The position numbers and the translations under genes are program-made. The notes under the pieces are model-generated. The model had not been told where the DNA came from. It saw nothing but the letters and a program-made list of their open reading frames with translations, and did no database searches. A DNA stretch of 32,000 nt from Nitrososphaerota archaeon (GTDB lineage Archaea; Thermoproteota; Nitrososphaeria; Nitrososphaerales; Nitrosopumilaceae): the NCBI GenBank assembly GCA_021325595.1, contig JAJPGX010000005.1, positions 49,797-81,796 of the forward strand, in the 5' to 3' direction. The first letter of the stretch is position 1. Every line of letters begins with the position of its first letter. Of this stretch, positions 17,443 to 26,033 are shown piece after piece.

Positions 17443-18423
17443 ATGTCCAACCCTGACGATTCAGCAGACAAACCAGTAGTAAAAGAAAAAGATCCTCACA
17501 ATTACAGGAAGGTTGGTTTTTCAATGATAGTAATTTCAGTATCCCTTGTAGCAATTGGACTATTAGTGTGGGCAATAGGTGACAACTACCACTTTTCGTC
17601 AGATATTATGGCTGCCCAAGAGATTGATGCCATGACTCCAAAAAGTGGATATGCAGTTGTAGTGTTTGACTATACGCAGCCAATTGGCGCCAAGCTAAAA
17701 CTTGTAGAGAATACAAACGATCTAAGTGAGGCACAAAAAACACAAGCAGATGAGGCACAAAAATACATCGGTCAACAACCACAAGCCCTAATATTTGATA
17801 GCTCAAAACAGAACAATACCAACTCTGTTGCTCTTTCCGAAGTCTATGCCCTAACTCCAAATGACGGATACAGGATAGTGTCATTTAACACTGCATTACC
17901 AGTTGGTGCAAGATTATCTAGTCTCAAGATGGATGATCGATATACAAATGCAACAAGTGATGTGCAATTTTATTCAAGCCAAATAACTGACCCTGCTATT
18001 CATATAATTATATTTGGCACAACTTTTGAGGATAATGTAAAACAAGTTCTTGGTGATAAGTACACACCTGATATTATTGAAAATAATCTCAATAAATTTC
18101 CACAAAAACCGCATATTGCAAAACCAGTAGTTACACCTCCTCCAGTGGTTACAACTAATGCTACTCAAACAACTAATCAAACCACGGCACATGTCATCAC
18201 ATCGCCTCCAGTAACAAACCACACAGTAACTGTACCAACGGTGACTAACGCAACACAGGCAACAAACCAAACCGTAGTGGCAACAATTGCTCCAACTAAT
18301 TCAACTAATACAACAAACCAAACTGCAACCTCATCTAATTCAACTCAAATAAACCCAACAACAAATTCTACAAAGACAGTAAACCTATCCGAGAATATAT
18401 CCATAAACTCGACAGGTCACTAG
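17443..18423 (+). CDS. Membrane-anchored surface protein with an internally duplicated domain and a sequon-rich Thr/Asn/Pro/Val tail
   Basis: 326 aa with an N-terminal TM anchor (FSMIVISVSLVAIGLLVWAI). There are two related segments (AMTPKSGYAVVVFDYTQPIGAKL and ALTPNDGYRIVSFNTALPVGARL). The C-terminal ~100 aa (nt 18121..18420) carry 13 N-x-S/T sequons. Confidence 0.7.
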   Translation: MSNPDDSADKPVVKEKDPHNYRKVGFSMIVISVSLVAIGLLVWAIGDNYHFSSDIMAAQEIDAMTPKSGYAVVVFDYTQPIGAKLKLVENTNDLSEAQKTQADEAQKYIGQQPQALIFDSSKQNNTNSVALSEVYALTPNDGYRIVSFNTALPVGARLSSLKMDDRYTNATSDVQFYSSQITDPAIHIIIFGTTFEDNVKQVLGDKYTPDIIENNLNKFPQKPHIAKPVVTPPPVVTTNATQTTNQTTAHVITSPPVTNHTVTVPTVTNATQATNQTVVATIAPTNSTNTTNQTATSSNSTQINPTTNSTKTVNLSENISINSTGH

Positions 18424-18572
18424 ACAAGTTCTTCATCAATTTCATCAATAGGTTCCACAAATTCAAGACACAAACAAGTCGGAATGCTACACTTGCCTAG
18501 TTTTGAAAGGGCTCGACTTTCAAGTGACGGTTCATGTGCTTCACGCACATGATGGCATTTTTTACAATTCAT
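18420..18572 (-). CDS. Possible small Cys/His-rich protein with an acidic tail, absent from the ORF track
   Basis: My translation is MNCKKCHHVREAHEPSLESRALSKLGKCSIPTCLCLEFVEPIDEIDEELV (50 aa). It fills the gap between two convergent/tandem genes and overlaps the stop of 17443..18423 by 4 nt. No other support. Confidence 0.3.
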   Translation of the reverse strand: MNCKKCHHVREAHEPSLESRALSKLGKCSIPTCLCLEFVEPIDEIDEELV

Positions 18573-18584
18573 AAAACATCCGAA

Positions 18585-19469
18585 CTAGACACGAACAATT
18601 CCAACATCCATTAGATACTGTATGCCTTTGACAAAGTCATCATCTGTTATCGTTCCTTCTGACCAAAACTTGGCATTGTTTTTTATCCAATGAGGTATGG
18701 GCTGGCTAGAACTTGAGGCTTGATATGAACCATGTGGCACTTTCATTATTCCCTGCTGGATTAGATACTGTATGCCTTTGACAAAGTCATCATCTGTTAT
18801 CGTTCCTTCTGACCAAAACTTGGCATTGTTTTTTATCCAGCTAGGTATTGATGTCTTGGTTTTTTGTTGAGTACCCAATTCTGAAGAATCTCCATTAATC
18901 ATATTTGTTTTGATCAGACTACTAGTGTATCGTATTAATTCTGGCTTGCCCTCAATTGTTGTTATCCCAAGTGAATTTGCATTTAGCAGTATTCCGGTTT
19001 CTTTATCATATTCCAAAGTTGAGGTCATGTTTGAATCTCCCTGTATGGCAGAGAGTCCAGTTCTCTTGAAACCATTAAATGTCAAAAGCTCACTTGTTAC
19101 TGTAAAGCTTGTCTTATTGTATTGGATTGGTGTTGGAAGTACAGTAAGAAACGGAACCTCTTGACTGCCATTTTGATCCAGGTGACCAAGTCCGGTGTTG
19201 ATATTTAATATGATGGTCCCATTTTGAGTCTGACCAGGACCTAAACTAAACTGTTCTATTACCTTTATGTTATTTGGATCCACCATATCTAAAAAGTAGA
19301 ATGTCTCTGAACTGTTGGCACTTCCAAAGTGGATGTCGTACGATAGTACATCGCCTGGGTGTACACAAACGGTATTGGGTGCGCATTGTGATTGTTCAGC
19401 ATATGATGTGCCATACAATGATATCATAGATAAAATCGCAAATATTGAGAAATAAAATATCTTTTTCAT
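18585..19469 (-). CDS. Secreted protein: signal peptide, beta-rich domain, and two C-terminal WxKNNAKFW..GIQYL modules
   Basis: 294 aa. The signal-like N-terminus is MKKIFYFSIFAILSMISLYGTSYA. The C-terminus carries SIPSWIKNNAKFWSEGTITDDDFVKGIQYLIQQGIMKVP and PIPHWIKNNAKFWSEGTITDDDFVKGIQYLMDVGIVRV. Confidence 0.75.
   Translation of the reverse strand: MKKIFYFSIFAILSMISLYGTSYAEQSQCAPNTVCVHPGDVLSYDIHFGSANSSETFYFLDMVDPNNIKVIEQFSLGPGQTQNGTIILNINTGLGHLDQNGSQEVPFLTVLPTPIQYNKTSFTVTSELLTFNGFKRTGLSAIQGDSNMTSTLEYDKETGILLNANSLGITTIEGKPELIRYTSSLIKTNMINGDSSELGTQQKTKTSIPSWIKNNAKFWSEGTITDDDFVKGIQYLIQQGIMKVPHGSYQASSSSQPIPHWIKNNAKFWSEGTITDDDFVKGIQYLMDVGIVRV
18611..18839. repeat. Perfect 79-bp intragenic direct repeat (18611..18689 = 18761..18839, period 150 nt)
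   Basis: Both copies read TTAGATACTGTATGCCTTTGACAAAGTCATCATCTGTTATCGTTCCTTCTGACCAAAACTTGGCATTGTTTTTTATCCA. They encode the two module copies of the 18585..19469 protein. Confidence 0.95.
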
Positions 19470-19560
19470 TGTTCAATTGCCAATTATATGTCGTATACAT
19501 TACTGTTTCTATTCTTTGTATCGGAGAACAATACAAATACCGTTATGACCAATCTTCTAT

Positions 19561-21591
19561 ATGGTACAAAACAAGCTAGCTCTGGAAACAAGCCCGTATC
19601 TTTTACAGCATGCTAATAATCCGGTACAATGGTATCCGTGGGGAGAAGAAGCACTTGAAAGAGCAAAAAAAGAGAACAAACCTATCTTTTTGAGCATAGG
19701 ATACAGCGCATGTCACTGGTGTCATGTTATGGCCCATGAGTCATTTGAGGATAAAGACATCGCTAATGTGATGAATGAGTATTTTGTTAATATCAAAGTT
19801 GACAGGGAAGAAAGACCTGATATTGATGATATTTACCAAAAAGTATGCCAGATTGTAACTGGAAGCGGAGGATGGCCGCTGAGCGTATTTTTAACGCCAG
19901 ACCAGCGGCCGTTTTATGTAGGGACGTATTTTCCACGTATTGATAGTTACGGAAGGCCAGGATTTGGAAGCGTACTGCGACAGCTAGCACAAGCATGGAA
20001 AGAAAAACCAAGAGATGTTGAAGCTGCAGCTGAAAATTTTGTCAAAACATTGCATAAAACAGAATCAGTCAAGACTGAATCAAAACTTGAAAAATCAATT
20101 CTGGATGAAGCGGCAATGAATCTTCTTACTTTATGTGATAATACTAATGGAGGGTTTGGTCAAGCACCAAAGTTTCCAAATGCCGCAAATCTTTCTTTCA
20201 TGCTACGATATTCTAAAATGTCTGGAATCTCAAAATTTCAGGAATTTGTATTCAAGACATTGACCAAGATGGCAAATGGAGGGATCTATGATCAAATAGG
20301 TGGTGGTTTTCACAGATACTCTACTGACTCGAGATGGCTTGTGCCACATTTTGAAAAGATGCTCTATGATAACGCACTTCTTCCACCAGTGTATGTCGAA
20401 GCGTACCAGCTAACACATGATCCAAAATATCTTGAAGTAATAGACCAGACATTACACTATGTATTACGTGAAATGACCTCTACTGAAGGAGGATTTTATT
20501 CTGCTCAAGATGCAGATTCTGAGGGTGAGGAAGGAAAATTCTATGTATGGACAAAAAATGAAATTGAGCAAATACTTGGTCCAGATTCTGAGGTTTTTTG
20601 TCTATACTATGATGTAGTGTATGGTGGAAACTTTGAGGGCCATACCATATTGTACAATACACTCAACTCATCTACAGTTGCATTCCAATGCGGTAAGACT
20701 GAAAATGAAGTAAAAGAAATAATTGCACGCTCAAAGAAAAAACTGTATGAGGCACGCTCAAAGCGAGTGCCTCCAGGCCGTGATGACAAGGTACTAACAA
20801 GCTGGAATGCATTGATGATTTCTGCATTTGTTAAAGGATACAAAGTAACTCAAACTCAAGAATTTTTGCAGGCTGCCGAAAAGTGTATTCAATTCATTGA
20901 AACCAAACTGACAAGAGACGGAGAACTGTTACATACATTCAAGGACGGACAGGCAAAACTTCGCGCCTACCTTGATGACTATTCATATCTCATGAATGCA
21001 CTGCTTGATTATTTTGAAGTCAAACCATCCAAAAAAACACTTGACAAAATAATATCATACGCAAATTATTTACTAGCACACTTTTGGGACGAATATGAGA
21101 AAGTTTTTTTCTTTACAGCAGATAATCATGAAAAACTTATCATCCGAACAAAAAATATCTACGACTTGTCATTACCATCTGGCAACTCTGTTGCATCAAA
21201 TGCATTACTACGACTGTACCATATAACCCAGAATGACAAATACCTAGTTGCGTCAGTAAAAGTGATGGAGTCACTTGCAATTATGGCTGCAGAAAACCCA
21301 TTTGGATTTGGCCAGCTACTAAATAACATTTACTTGTACCTACAAAAACCAACTGAAATCACTGTGATAAACCAGAAAAATAAGGAAATCAAAGATTACC
21401 TGTCCAAAAAATATATTCCAGAATCAATCATTGTCGAAATACATGATAAGCAAAGTCTTGATGATCTAAAACAATTTGCGTTTTTTGCAGGAAAAGAGTT
21501 TGATGTTGATAATACCATTGTCTACATCTGCAAAAACTTTTCATGTTCACTTCCACTAAAAACTATTTCAGAAATTGAAAAGCTGGTCTAA
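19561..21591 (+). CDS. Thioredoxin-domain protein of the DUF255 / YyaL / SSP411-like family
   Basis: 676 aa. The N-terminal thioredoxin-like domain contains [20 protein letters not shown]. The long C-terminal region resembles an (alpha/alpha)6 barrel of N-acylglucosamine-epimerase type ([21 protein letters not shown]). Confidence 0.9.
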   Translation: MVQNKLALETSPYLLQHANNPVQWYPWGEEALERAKKENKPIFLSIGYSACHWCHVMAHESFEDKDIANVMNEYFVNIKVDREERPDIDDIYQKVCQIVTGSGGWPLSVFLTPDQRPFYVGTYFPRIDSYGRPGFGSVLRQLAQAWKEKPRDVEAAAENFVKTLHKTESVKTESKLEKSILDEAAMNLLTLCDNTNGGFGQAPKFPNAANLSFMLRYSKMSGISKFQEFVFKTLTKMANGGIYDQIGGGFHRYSTDSRWLVPHFEKMLYDNALLPPVYVEAYQLTHDPKYLEVIDQTLHYVLREMTSTEGGFYSAQDADSEGEEGKFYVWTKNEIEQILGPDSEVFCLYYDVVYGGNFEGHTILYNTLNSSTVAFQCGKTENEVKEIIARSKKKLYEARSKRVPPGRDDKVLTSWNALMISAFVKGYKVTQTQEFLQAAEKCIQFIETKLTRDGELLHTFKDGQAKLRAYLDDYSYLMNALLDYFEVKPSKKTLDKIISYANYLLAHFWDEYEKVFFFTADNHEKLIIRTKNIYDLSLPSGNSVASNALLRLYHITQNDKYLVASVKVMESLAIMAAENPFGFGQLLNNIYLYLQKPTEITVINQKNKEIKDYLSKKYIPESIIVEIHDKQSLDDLKQFAFFAGKEFDVDNTIVYICKNFSCSLPLKTISEIEKLV

Positions 21592-21603
21592 GTAGATGTC
21601 TTT

Positions 21604-21846
21604 TCACTTTTGAGTCACACTGGAATTAGTTGGATTGGTGACAACAGAAGGAATAACATGAGCAGATTTAGCGGTAGGCGGTTCAACGATTTCTCTTGGG
21701 GATGATAAAAATGAAGCGCATGGAAGGTTTTCTACTGGAACACAGAGAAATTTTGCAAAATATGATGTTTCTACTAATACTAATGCAATGGTTATGCCCA
21801 TTGAAACATACCACCATCTAAATTTCAACATGTAATTTGGTTTCAA
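21604..21846 (-). CDS. Hypothetical small membrane protein
   Basis: 80 aa from TTG at 21846; an alternative ATG at 21831 gives MLKFRWWYVSMGITIALVLV. It has one TM helix. No family was recognised. Confidence 0.35.
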   Translation of the reverse strand: MKPNYMLKFRWWYVSMGITIALVLVETSYFAKFLCVPVENLPCASFLSSPREIVEPPTAKSAHVIPSVVTNPTNSSVTQK

Positions 21847-21975
21847 ATTAAAATTTAAAATTACAGACGATTTTCAACTCGTGATTTGAAGTCAATCGAT
21901 TGTATTTTTTGATAATAAATCCCAAAAAAACTATTTACATATTTTTAGCAGTTTTTCATTTTTACTGTGAATGTT

Positions 21976-22296
21976 TTAGGCCTTTTTGATGTTGATTTCA
22001 AGCCTCTGACCAACTGCAGGACTTCCCATCCTCTCGTATCTTCGTCTTGGCATTACAATTGTAATTGATGTCTGCGCGTAACTTTTGATTGCAATGGTTG
22101 GTTGAGCCTGCAATATTGCCTCCATAAAAGGCGCAATCTGGTCTCGGAGCTCGGGATCTAGTTTTTTGTTTATTGCATCAAGCATGAGCTGTTTTTGTGA
22201 TACGGGCTCTGTTTGTACATCTTCTGAGAGTGTAAGCTGTACCGTCTGACCATTGTCAATTATTTGCTGTACCTGGTACTGTGTTACTTCTGACAT
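21976..22296 (-). CDS. Hypothetical protein; the C-terminal segment weakly resembles an AbrB/SpoVT-type swapped hairpin
   Basis: 106 aa with an ATG start. The C-terminus ITIVMPRRRYERMGSPAVGQRLEINI loosely follows the V.IPK.IR..LG...GD.VEI pattern. This is weak, from memory of the family. Confidence 0.5.
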   Translation of the reverse strand: MSEVTQYQVQQIIDNGQTVQLTLSEDVQTEPVSQKQLMLDAINKKLDPELRDQIAPFMEAILQAQPTIAIKSYAQTSITIVMPRRRYERMGSPAVGQRLEINIKKA

Positions 22297-22328
22297 GCAA
22301 ATCTATTCAAAATGATTCTACATAAAAT

Positions 22329-22655
22329 CTATGGCTTTGCCTCGTTTATGCTCTTTATCACTTTAGCCGAACGTGATTTTATGATTTTGGCAAACTCTTG
22401 CGTGTCTTCTGCTGTTGGTTTTTTCTTTTCGTTTGTATATGCTTGTAAAAACCCAGAATAAATACACCCTACAATGATTCCAAATGCAGTAGATGTTACA
22501 TCACTCGTTTCATCAGTATATGATTGGGCCATCTGTTTGTAGGATGCAGCTTCACTGATGTAATAATCAATCAGACTGTCTATGAATTTCTTAGTAGTTG
22601 GTGAAATCACAAATAGATTTTCTTTGTATGGTTTATAACGTTTGATTTTTGACAA
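22329..22655 (-). CDS. Hypothetical protein
   Basis: 108 aa with a TTG start. It has one central hydrophobic segment (AFGIIVGCIYSGFLQA). No family was recognised. Confidence 0.5.
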   Translation of the reverse strand: MSKIKRYKPYKENLFVISPTTKKFIDSLIDYYISEAASYKQMAQSYTDETSDVTSTAFGIIVGCIYSGFLQAYTNEKKKPTAEDTQEFAKIIKSRSAKVIKSINEAKP

Positions 22656-22873
22656 TGAAAATTGCCATCTTAACTTGCAAAGATATTTTGACCTTCTGTC
22701 TTTTCAACAATACTTGTAAAATCACCAGTATGCCAATTGAGATAAATCGAGTAAATAGAGAATGTCCACATTGTAAAAACTCTACGATATTTAACACAGG
22801 AAAATCATATTTCTGCGGAAAATGTATGACTGATCTCCAATTAAATCAAATAGCAGCAAAGATTGCTGTCTAG
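22649..22873 (+). CDS. Small zinc-ribbon protein (start uncertain: 22649 TTG, 22655 ATG or 22730 ATG)
   Basis: CPHCKNSTIFNTGKSYFCGKCMTDL gives a CxxC..CxxC ribbon. The longest form overlaps the divergent 22329..22655 start, so a later ATG is more plausible. The stop lies 5 nt before the next + strand gene. Confidence 0.45.
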   Translation: MTMKIAILTCKDILTFCLFNNTCKITSMPIEINRVNRECPHCKNSTIFNTGKSYFCGKCMTDLQLNQIAAKIAV

Positions 22874-22878
22874 TGTAA

Positions 22879-23334
22879 ATGTGGAAACTGGAACGAGAAG
22901 ACGTTCATTTTAAAATATATGATGAACGCAAGTTACTTGTAGGATATTTTGGGCCCGAATATGGTCAAATCGAGCCTGAGGACAGGGCAGCTCAGGTAAT
23001 AGAGGAGATGCATAAAAGGCAAGAAAAAATTGCTGGCGGTTATTTGTTGCTACCTTTAGTCAAGTTTGGCATATTTGAAGAAGGCTCTGAGATGGACATG
23101 GATTATGTGGTTCAAAAACTCGAAGCGGTAGCATACACCTTGTCTGTGTGGCGACAACTAATGCAGGAAAAATCTCTTGGCAGACACAAAATCATTGTAT
23201 CACATACCGACCACGATATGCTGAGCATTACTTTGTATCTTGGATTTGCAACACCGATACCTCTTGAAAAAAACGCACTGGGGCAAGAAATTGGAAAACT
23301 GCTTGATGTGATACATCAAAAAGGCTTACTGTGA
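22879..23334 (+). CDS. Hypothetical protein
   Basis: 151 aa with an ATG start, tightly following the zinc-ribbon ORF. No family was recognised. Confidence 0.55.
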   Translation: MWKLEREDVHFKIYDERKLLVGYFGPEYGQIEPEDRAAQVIEEMHKRQEKIAGGYLLLPLVKFGIFEEGSEMDMDYVVQKLEAVAYTLSVWRQLMQEKSLGRHKIIVSHTDHDMLSITLYLGFATPIPLEKNALGQEIGKLLDVIHQKGLL

Positions 23335-23901
23335 CCACTTGGTTTTTGCATTTCCATAAGATTGTAATCCGCTCATCTCATACTGGAACGACTGTTGTAG
23401 TAACTGATCTGATTTTGTCTGGCTTGAATTGTCTCCAGTCTGTATCCATTCACGTAAATATTTGTCAGATTCGATTTCAGTCTGTGTTGATAGTCTGAAC
23501 AACTGCACTGATGGCACGAATGTCTCCGGTGGTTTTAATTCATCATATCTTGGAAGTATGTTCTGTATGTTTGCAATATGGGCATCTGCGATTTTGAGCA
23601 TCTCGTCTTTACTTAACTGACCATTTTTGTACATGGTAAGTTGCTTGTCAAAACTATCTGTCTCATTTTTAAGATCTGATTGAATAAGTGCCAAATCATC
23701 TCCAAATTTTTGTCCTGATATTTTTGTTTGATCAAGATAATAGCTTACAAGAATAACTATTACTATTATTGCAATGCCTCCTCCTATCGCTATTGGCTTT
23801 GTAGGCAATGGTTTTGTTTGCTTTTTTCGGCGCACGAGAAAAATGGAACCATATCTGAAATAAATCAATCGTCTTGTTATTTGACAATTAACACAGGGCA
23901 C
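23326..23901 (-). CDS. Hypothetical membrane-anchored protein (N-terminal TM helix, helical ectodomain)
   Basis: 191 aa from GTG at 23901. An internal GTG at 23835 would give MRRKKQTKPLPTKPIAIGGGIAIIVIVILV, a more typical positive-inside N-terminus, and would remove the overlap with the upstream UspA gene. Confidence 0.55.
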   Translation of the reverse strand: MPCVNCQITRRLIYFRYGSIFLVRRKKQTKPLPTKPIAIGGGIAIIVIVILVSYYLDQTKISGQKFGDDLALIQSDLKNETDSFDKQLTMYKNGQLSKDEMLKIADAHIANIQNILPRYDELKPPETFVPSVQLFRLSTQTEIESDKYLREWIQTGDNSSQTKSDQLLQQSFQYEMSGLQSYGNAKTKWSQ

Positions 23902-24305
23902 TTGGAATGCTGTGAGACTCCACTTGCAACACTTCCAAGAAGCATCTTCTTGAATCCCCCGAGACCGCGTGAACCCATTACTATAAGGTCTATTCCGTGT
24001 TTTTCGGAATATGATAAAATTACATCAGTAATAGACACAGATTCAAGTACATCTGTCTTGTAGGCGACCCCTGTTTGTTTTAGTTTTGGTTCAAGCTCAG
24101 ACAGCGTATCCCTAATTGCGTCTTTTTGCATTTTCATTGTTTCAACATAGGCAGCAGACATGACCGGGTCAACATGTTGGTATATTAACAAACACGAAAC
24201 GATGCTAATGCTCGCATGGTATAGATTTGCAAGATCAAGTGCAAACTCAAGGGCTCTCTTTGAAGATTCTGAACCATCGTATGGTACGAGGATGTTTTTT
24301 ACCAT
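23877..24305 (-). CDS. Universal stress protein (UspA family)
   Basis: 142 aa. It has N-terminal ILVPYDGSESSKRALEFA and the C-terminal ATP-binding motif LIVMGSRGLGGFKKMLLGSVASGVSQHSKCPVLIV. Confidence 0.85.
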   Translation of the reverse strand: MVKNILVPYDGSESSKRALEFALDLANLYHASISIVSCLLIYQHVDPVMSAAYVETMKMQKDAIRDTLSELEPKLKQTGVAYKTDVLESVSITDVILSYSEKHGIDLIVMGSRGLGGFKKMLLGSVASGVSQHSKCPVLIVK

Positions 24306-24540
24306 ATGTTGTTTAACTGGACAGTATAATTAAAAGCATGGAAAGATTTCATGTGTGATAACAAACAAAGTGTTCCATCTGTATCTATAATAATTAAAAT
24401 AACTATGTTATAAAATAATCGAAACCATATCTCGAAATTTTTCTTAATTTTCAGATCTCATATATTTCATAAATGAAAAAAGTAAAAACGAAAAAGAGGA
24501 TTTTTAAAACCATAAATACTACGAAACAGAATCGCAAACA

Positions 24541-25419
24541 GTGAATAAATTCAAAGGACTAGTTTTACTTGCAATATTGGTTAGTGCAGCAGGTTCAAGT
24601 CCAATTTTTGCTTCCCCTGCAACTTCTCCTAGTTATACTGGTGTCAATTCAACAACCGGAATGCCGCTTGCACCATCTATTACTGGTGCAATTGCAGTAA
24701 CCACTGATAAACCATCATATAATGATGGAGACAAGATTACCATATCTGGTACTTCAAGAGATTACATTTCAGATACTACAGTTACAGTAATGATCAGAAA
24801 TCCAATAGGGAATATAATCAAGATTGATCAGGTAGAACTTGGAACGGACAAGACATATTCCACCACGGTTACCGCCAGTGGAAGCCTATGGCAGGCAGCT
24901 GGAACTTATCAAGTAATGGTACAGCTTGGCAGTAAAGATAGATCAGCCGAGACATCCTTCCAATTCACAGGGTCAGTTGCAGGAACAGGAGTGGGAAATA
25001 CCATAAAGGTGGATGGTACTGACTTTTCTGTAACTTATAGTATTACTAATGGTAAGGTACTTGGAATAAAAGCAGATACTCTATCAAAGTCATTGATAGT
25101 ATCAATACAGACTACTGGCGATGGAGTGTTAACAATAACGCTTCCACGAGGACTCATTGACGCTAAGGTAAGCGGTACCGATGCCAAATACATAGTATTG
25201 AATGATAATGAAGAATCAGACTTTCAAGAAATTAATACGACTAGAATGGATAGAACTCTCTCTATCCCATTCACCGATGGTACAACTCAAATTGAAATTG
25301 TGGGCACATTTGTAATTCCAGAATTTGGTCCGATCGCGGCTCTAGTATTGGTAGTTGCAATTGCATCTATAATCGCAATATCATCAAGAACCGGACTCAA
25401 ATTTGTTCCAAAATACTAA
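24541..25419 (+). CDS. Secreted surface protein with a PEFG-type C-terminal sorting signal
   Basis: 292 aa with a GTG start. The signal peptide is MNKFKGLVLLAILVSAAGSSPIFA. Beta-rich Ig-like domains contain AGTYQVMVQLG. The C-terminus PEFG-PIAALVLVVAIASIIAISS-RTGLKFVPKY (nt 25318..25416) has the motif, TM helix and basic tail typical of archaeosortase-type signals. Confidence 0.8.
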   Translation: MNKFKGLVLLAILVSAAGSSPIFASPATSPSYTGVNSTTGMPLAPSITGAIAVTTDKPSYNDGDKITISGTSRDYISDTTVTVMIRNPIGNIIKIDQVELGTDKTYSTTVTASGSLWQAAGTYQVMVQLGSKDRSAETSFQFTGSVAGTGVGNTIKVDGTDFSVTYSITNGKVLGIKADTLSKSLIVSIQTTGDGVLTITLPRGLIDAKVSGTDAKYIVLNDNEESDFQEINTTRMDRTLSIPFTDGTTQIEIVGTFVIPEFGPIAALVLVVAIASIIAISSRTGLKFVPKY

Positions 25420-25442
25420 ACTTCAATATTGCTAAAAAATGA

Positions 25443-25475
25443 ACCAAGGTTCAGAAAATCATGTCTTGGTTTTTT
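25443..25475 (+). terminator. Possible terminator after the PEFG-protein gene
   Basis: ACCAAG (25443-48) pairs with CTTGGT (25465-70) and runs into a T6 tract (25470-75), about 25 nt after the stop codon. Oligo-T tracts are the usual archaeal termination signal. Confidence 0.3.
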
Positions 25476-25531
25476 ATATTTTAAGATACAAGGATTATTT
25501 GTCACGTGCGAACGCGAGTACTTGACCCCAC

Positions 25532-25569
25532 CTTCCCGCCTAGCAGTGGTCATTGTTTTAGGCGGGAAG
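25532..25569. other. GC-rich perfect 9-bp hairpin between convergent genes
   Basis: CTTCCCGCC (25532-40) and GGCGGGAAG (25561-69) are separated by a 20-nt loop. The surrounding 25501-25570 segment is visibly more GC-rich than its flanks. Function unknown. Confidence 0.3.
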
Positions 25570-25640
25570 TATTTTTCATTTACCGATTTTGTAAGCTGAT
25601 TCTGAAAATGTGTTGTTCTTTGCACTTAATTTTCTGGCTT

Positions 25641-26030
25641 CTATGATCGGTAATAATCCAATAACTGGTGCATGCTTTGGTCAAGTGATTTTATTGTTGA
25701 TGTATAGGTATGCACAAACATTCTATGCATGTTTACAAATGAATCAATCTGTGAGAGTGTCATGCTGGTTGTTTTCCAAACCATATCGTCAAATACATGC
25801 AGTATGCTTTTTTCATCATGTAGCTGATTTTCATAAAATCTATGCTCCAGTAGATAACATATTGAAAAATAATCATCAAGCACATGTAGGTACTCCTTGT
25901 ACAAATCAGAATATGCCTGAAAATAATATTGCATATCTGATTCTATCTTTTTTATTGTTCTTGTAGTACTTCTTTTGAATAGTTGTGACGGAATCTTGGC
26001 TGGTTCTTTGGTGTGTTTATTTTTGTTCAA
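25641..26030 (-). CDS. Hypothetical helical protein, third gene of the MscS operon
   Basis: 129 aa with an ATG start 3 nt after the MscS stop. The sequence is rich in Y/F/H/D (QYYFQAYSDLYKEYLHVLDDYF). No family was recognised. Confidence 0.55.
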   Translation of the reverse strand: MNKNKHTKEPAKIPSQLFKRSTTRTIKKIESDMQYYFQAYSDLYKEYLHVLDDYFSICYLLEHRFYENQLHDEKSILHVFDDMVWKTTSMTLSQIDSFVNMHRMFVHTYTSTIKSLDQSMHQLLDYYRS

Positions 26031-26033
26031 TTT

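Noticed and set aside
24473-24544. 23-aa highly basic ORF overlapping the PEFG-protein start
   Set aside because: It is out of frame with the downstream gene, made of A-rich low-complexity codons, and has no support.
25416-25625. 69-aa GTG-initiated minus-strand ORF that would extend the MscS operon
   Set aside because: It runs through the GC hairpin and the T-rich terminator-like region and overlaps the PEFG-protein stop. It also has a basic, low-complexity composition with no hydrophobic core. It cannot be fully excluded.
25610-25966. 118-aa + strand ORF
   Set aside because: It is antisense to the 129-aa ORF, which starts 3 nt after the MscS stop and therefore fits the operon. The + strand translation is Cys/Phe/Leu-rich and looks non-genic. 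This choice is less certain than the others.
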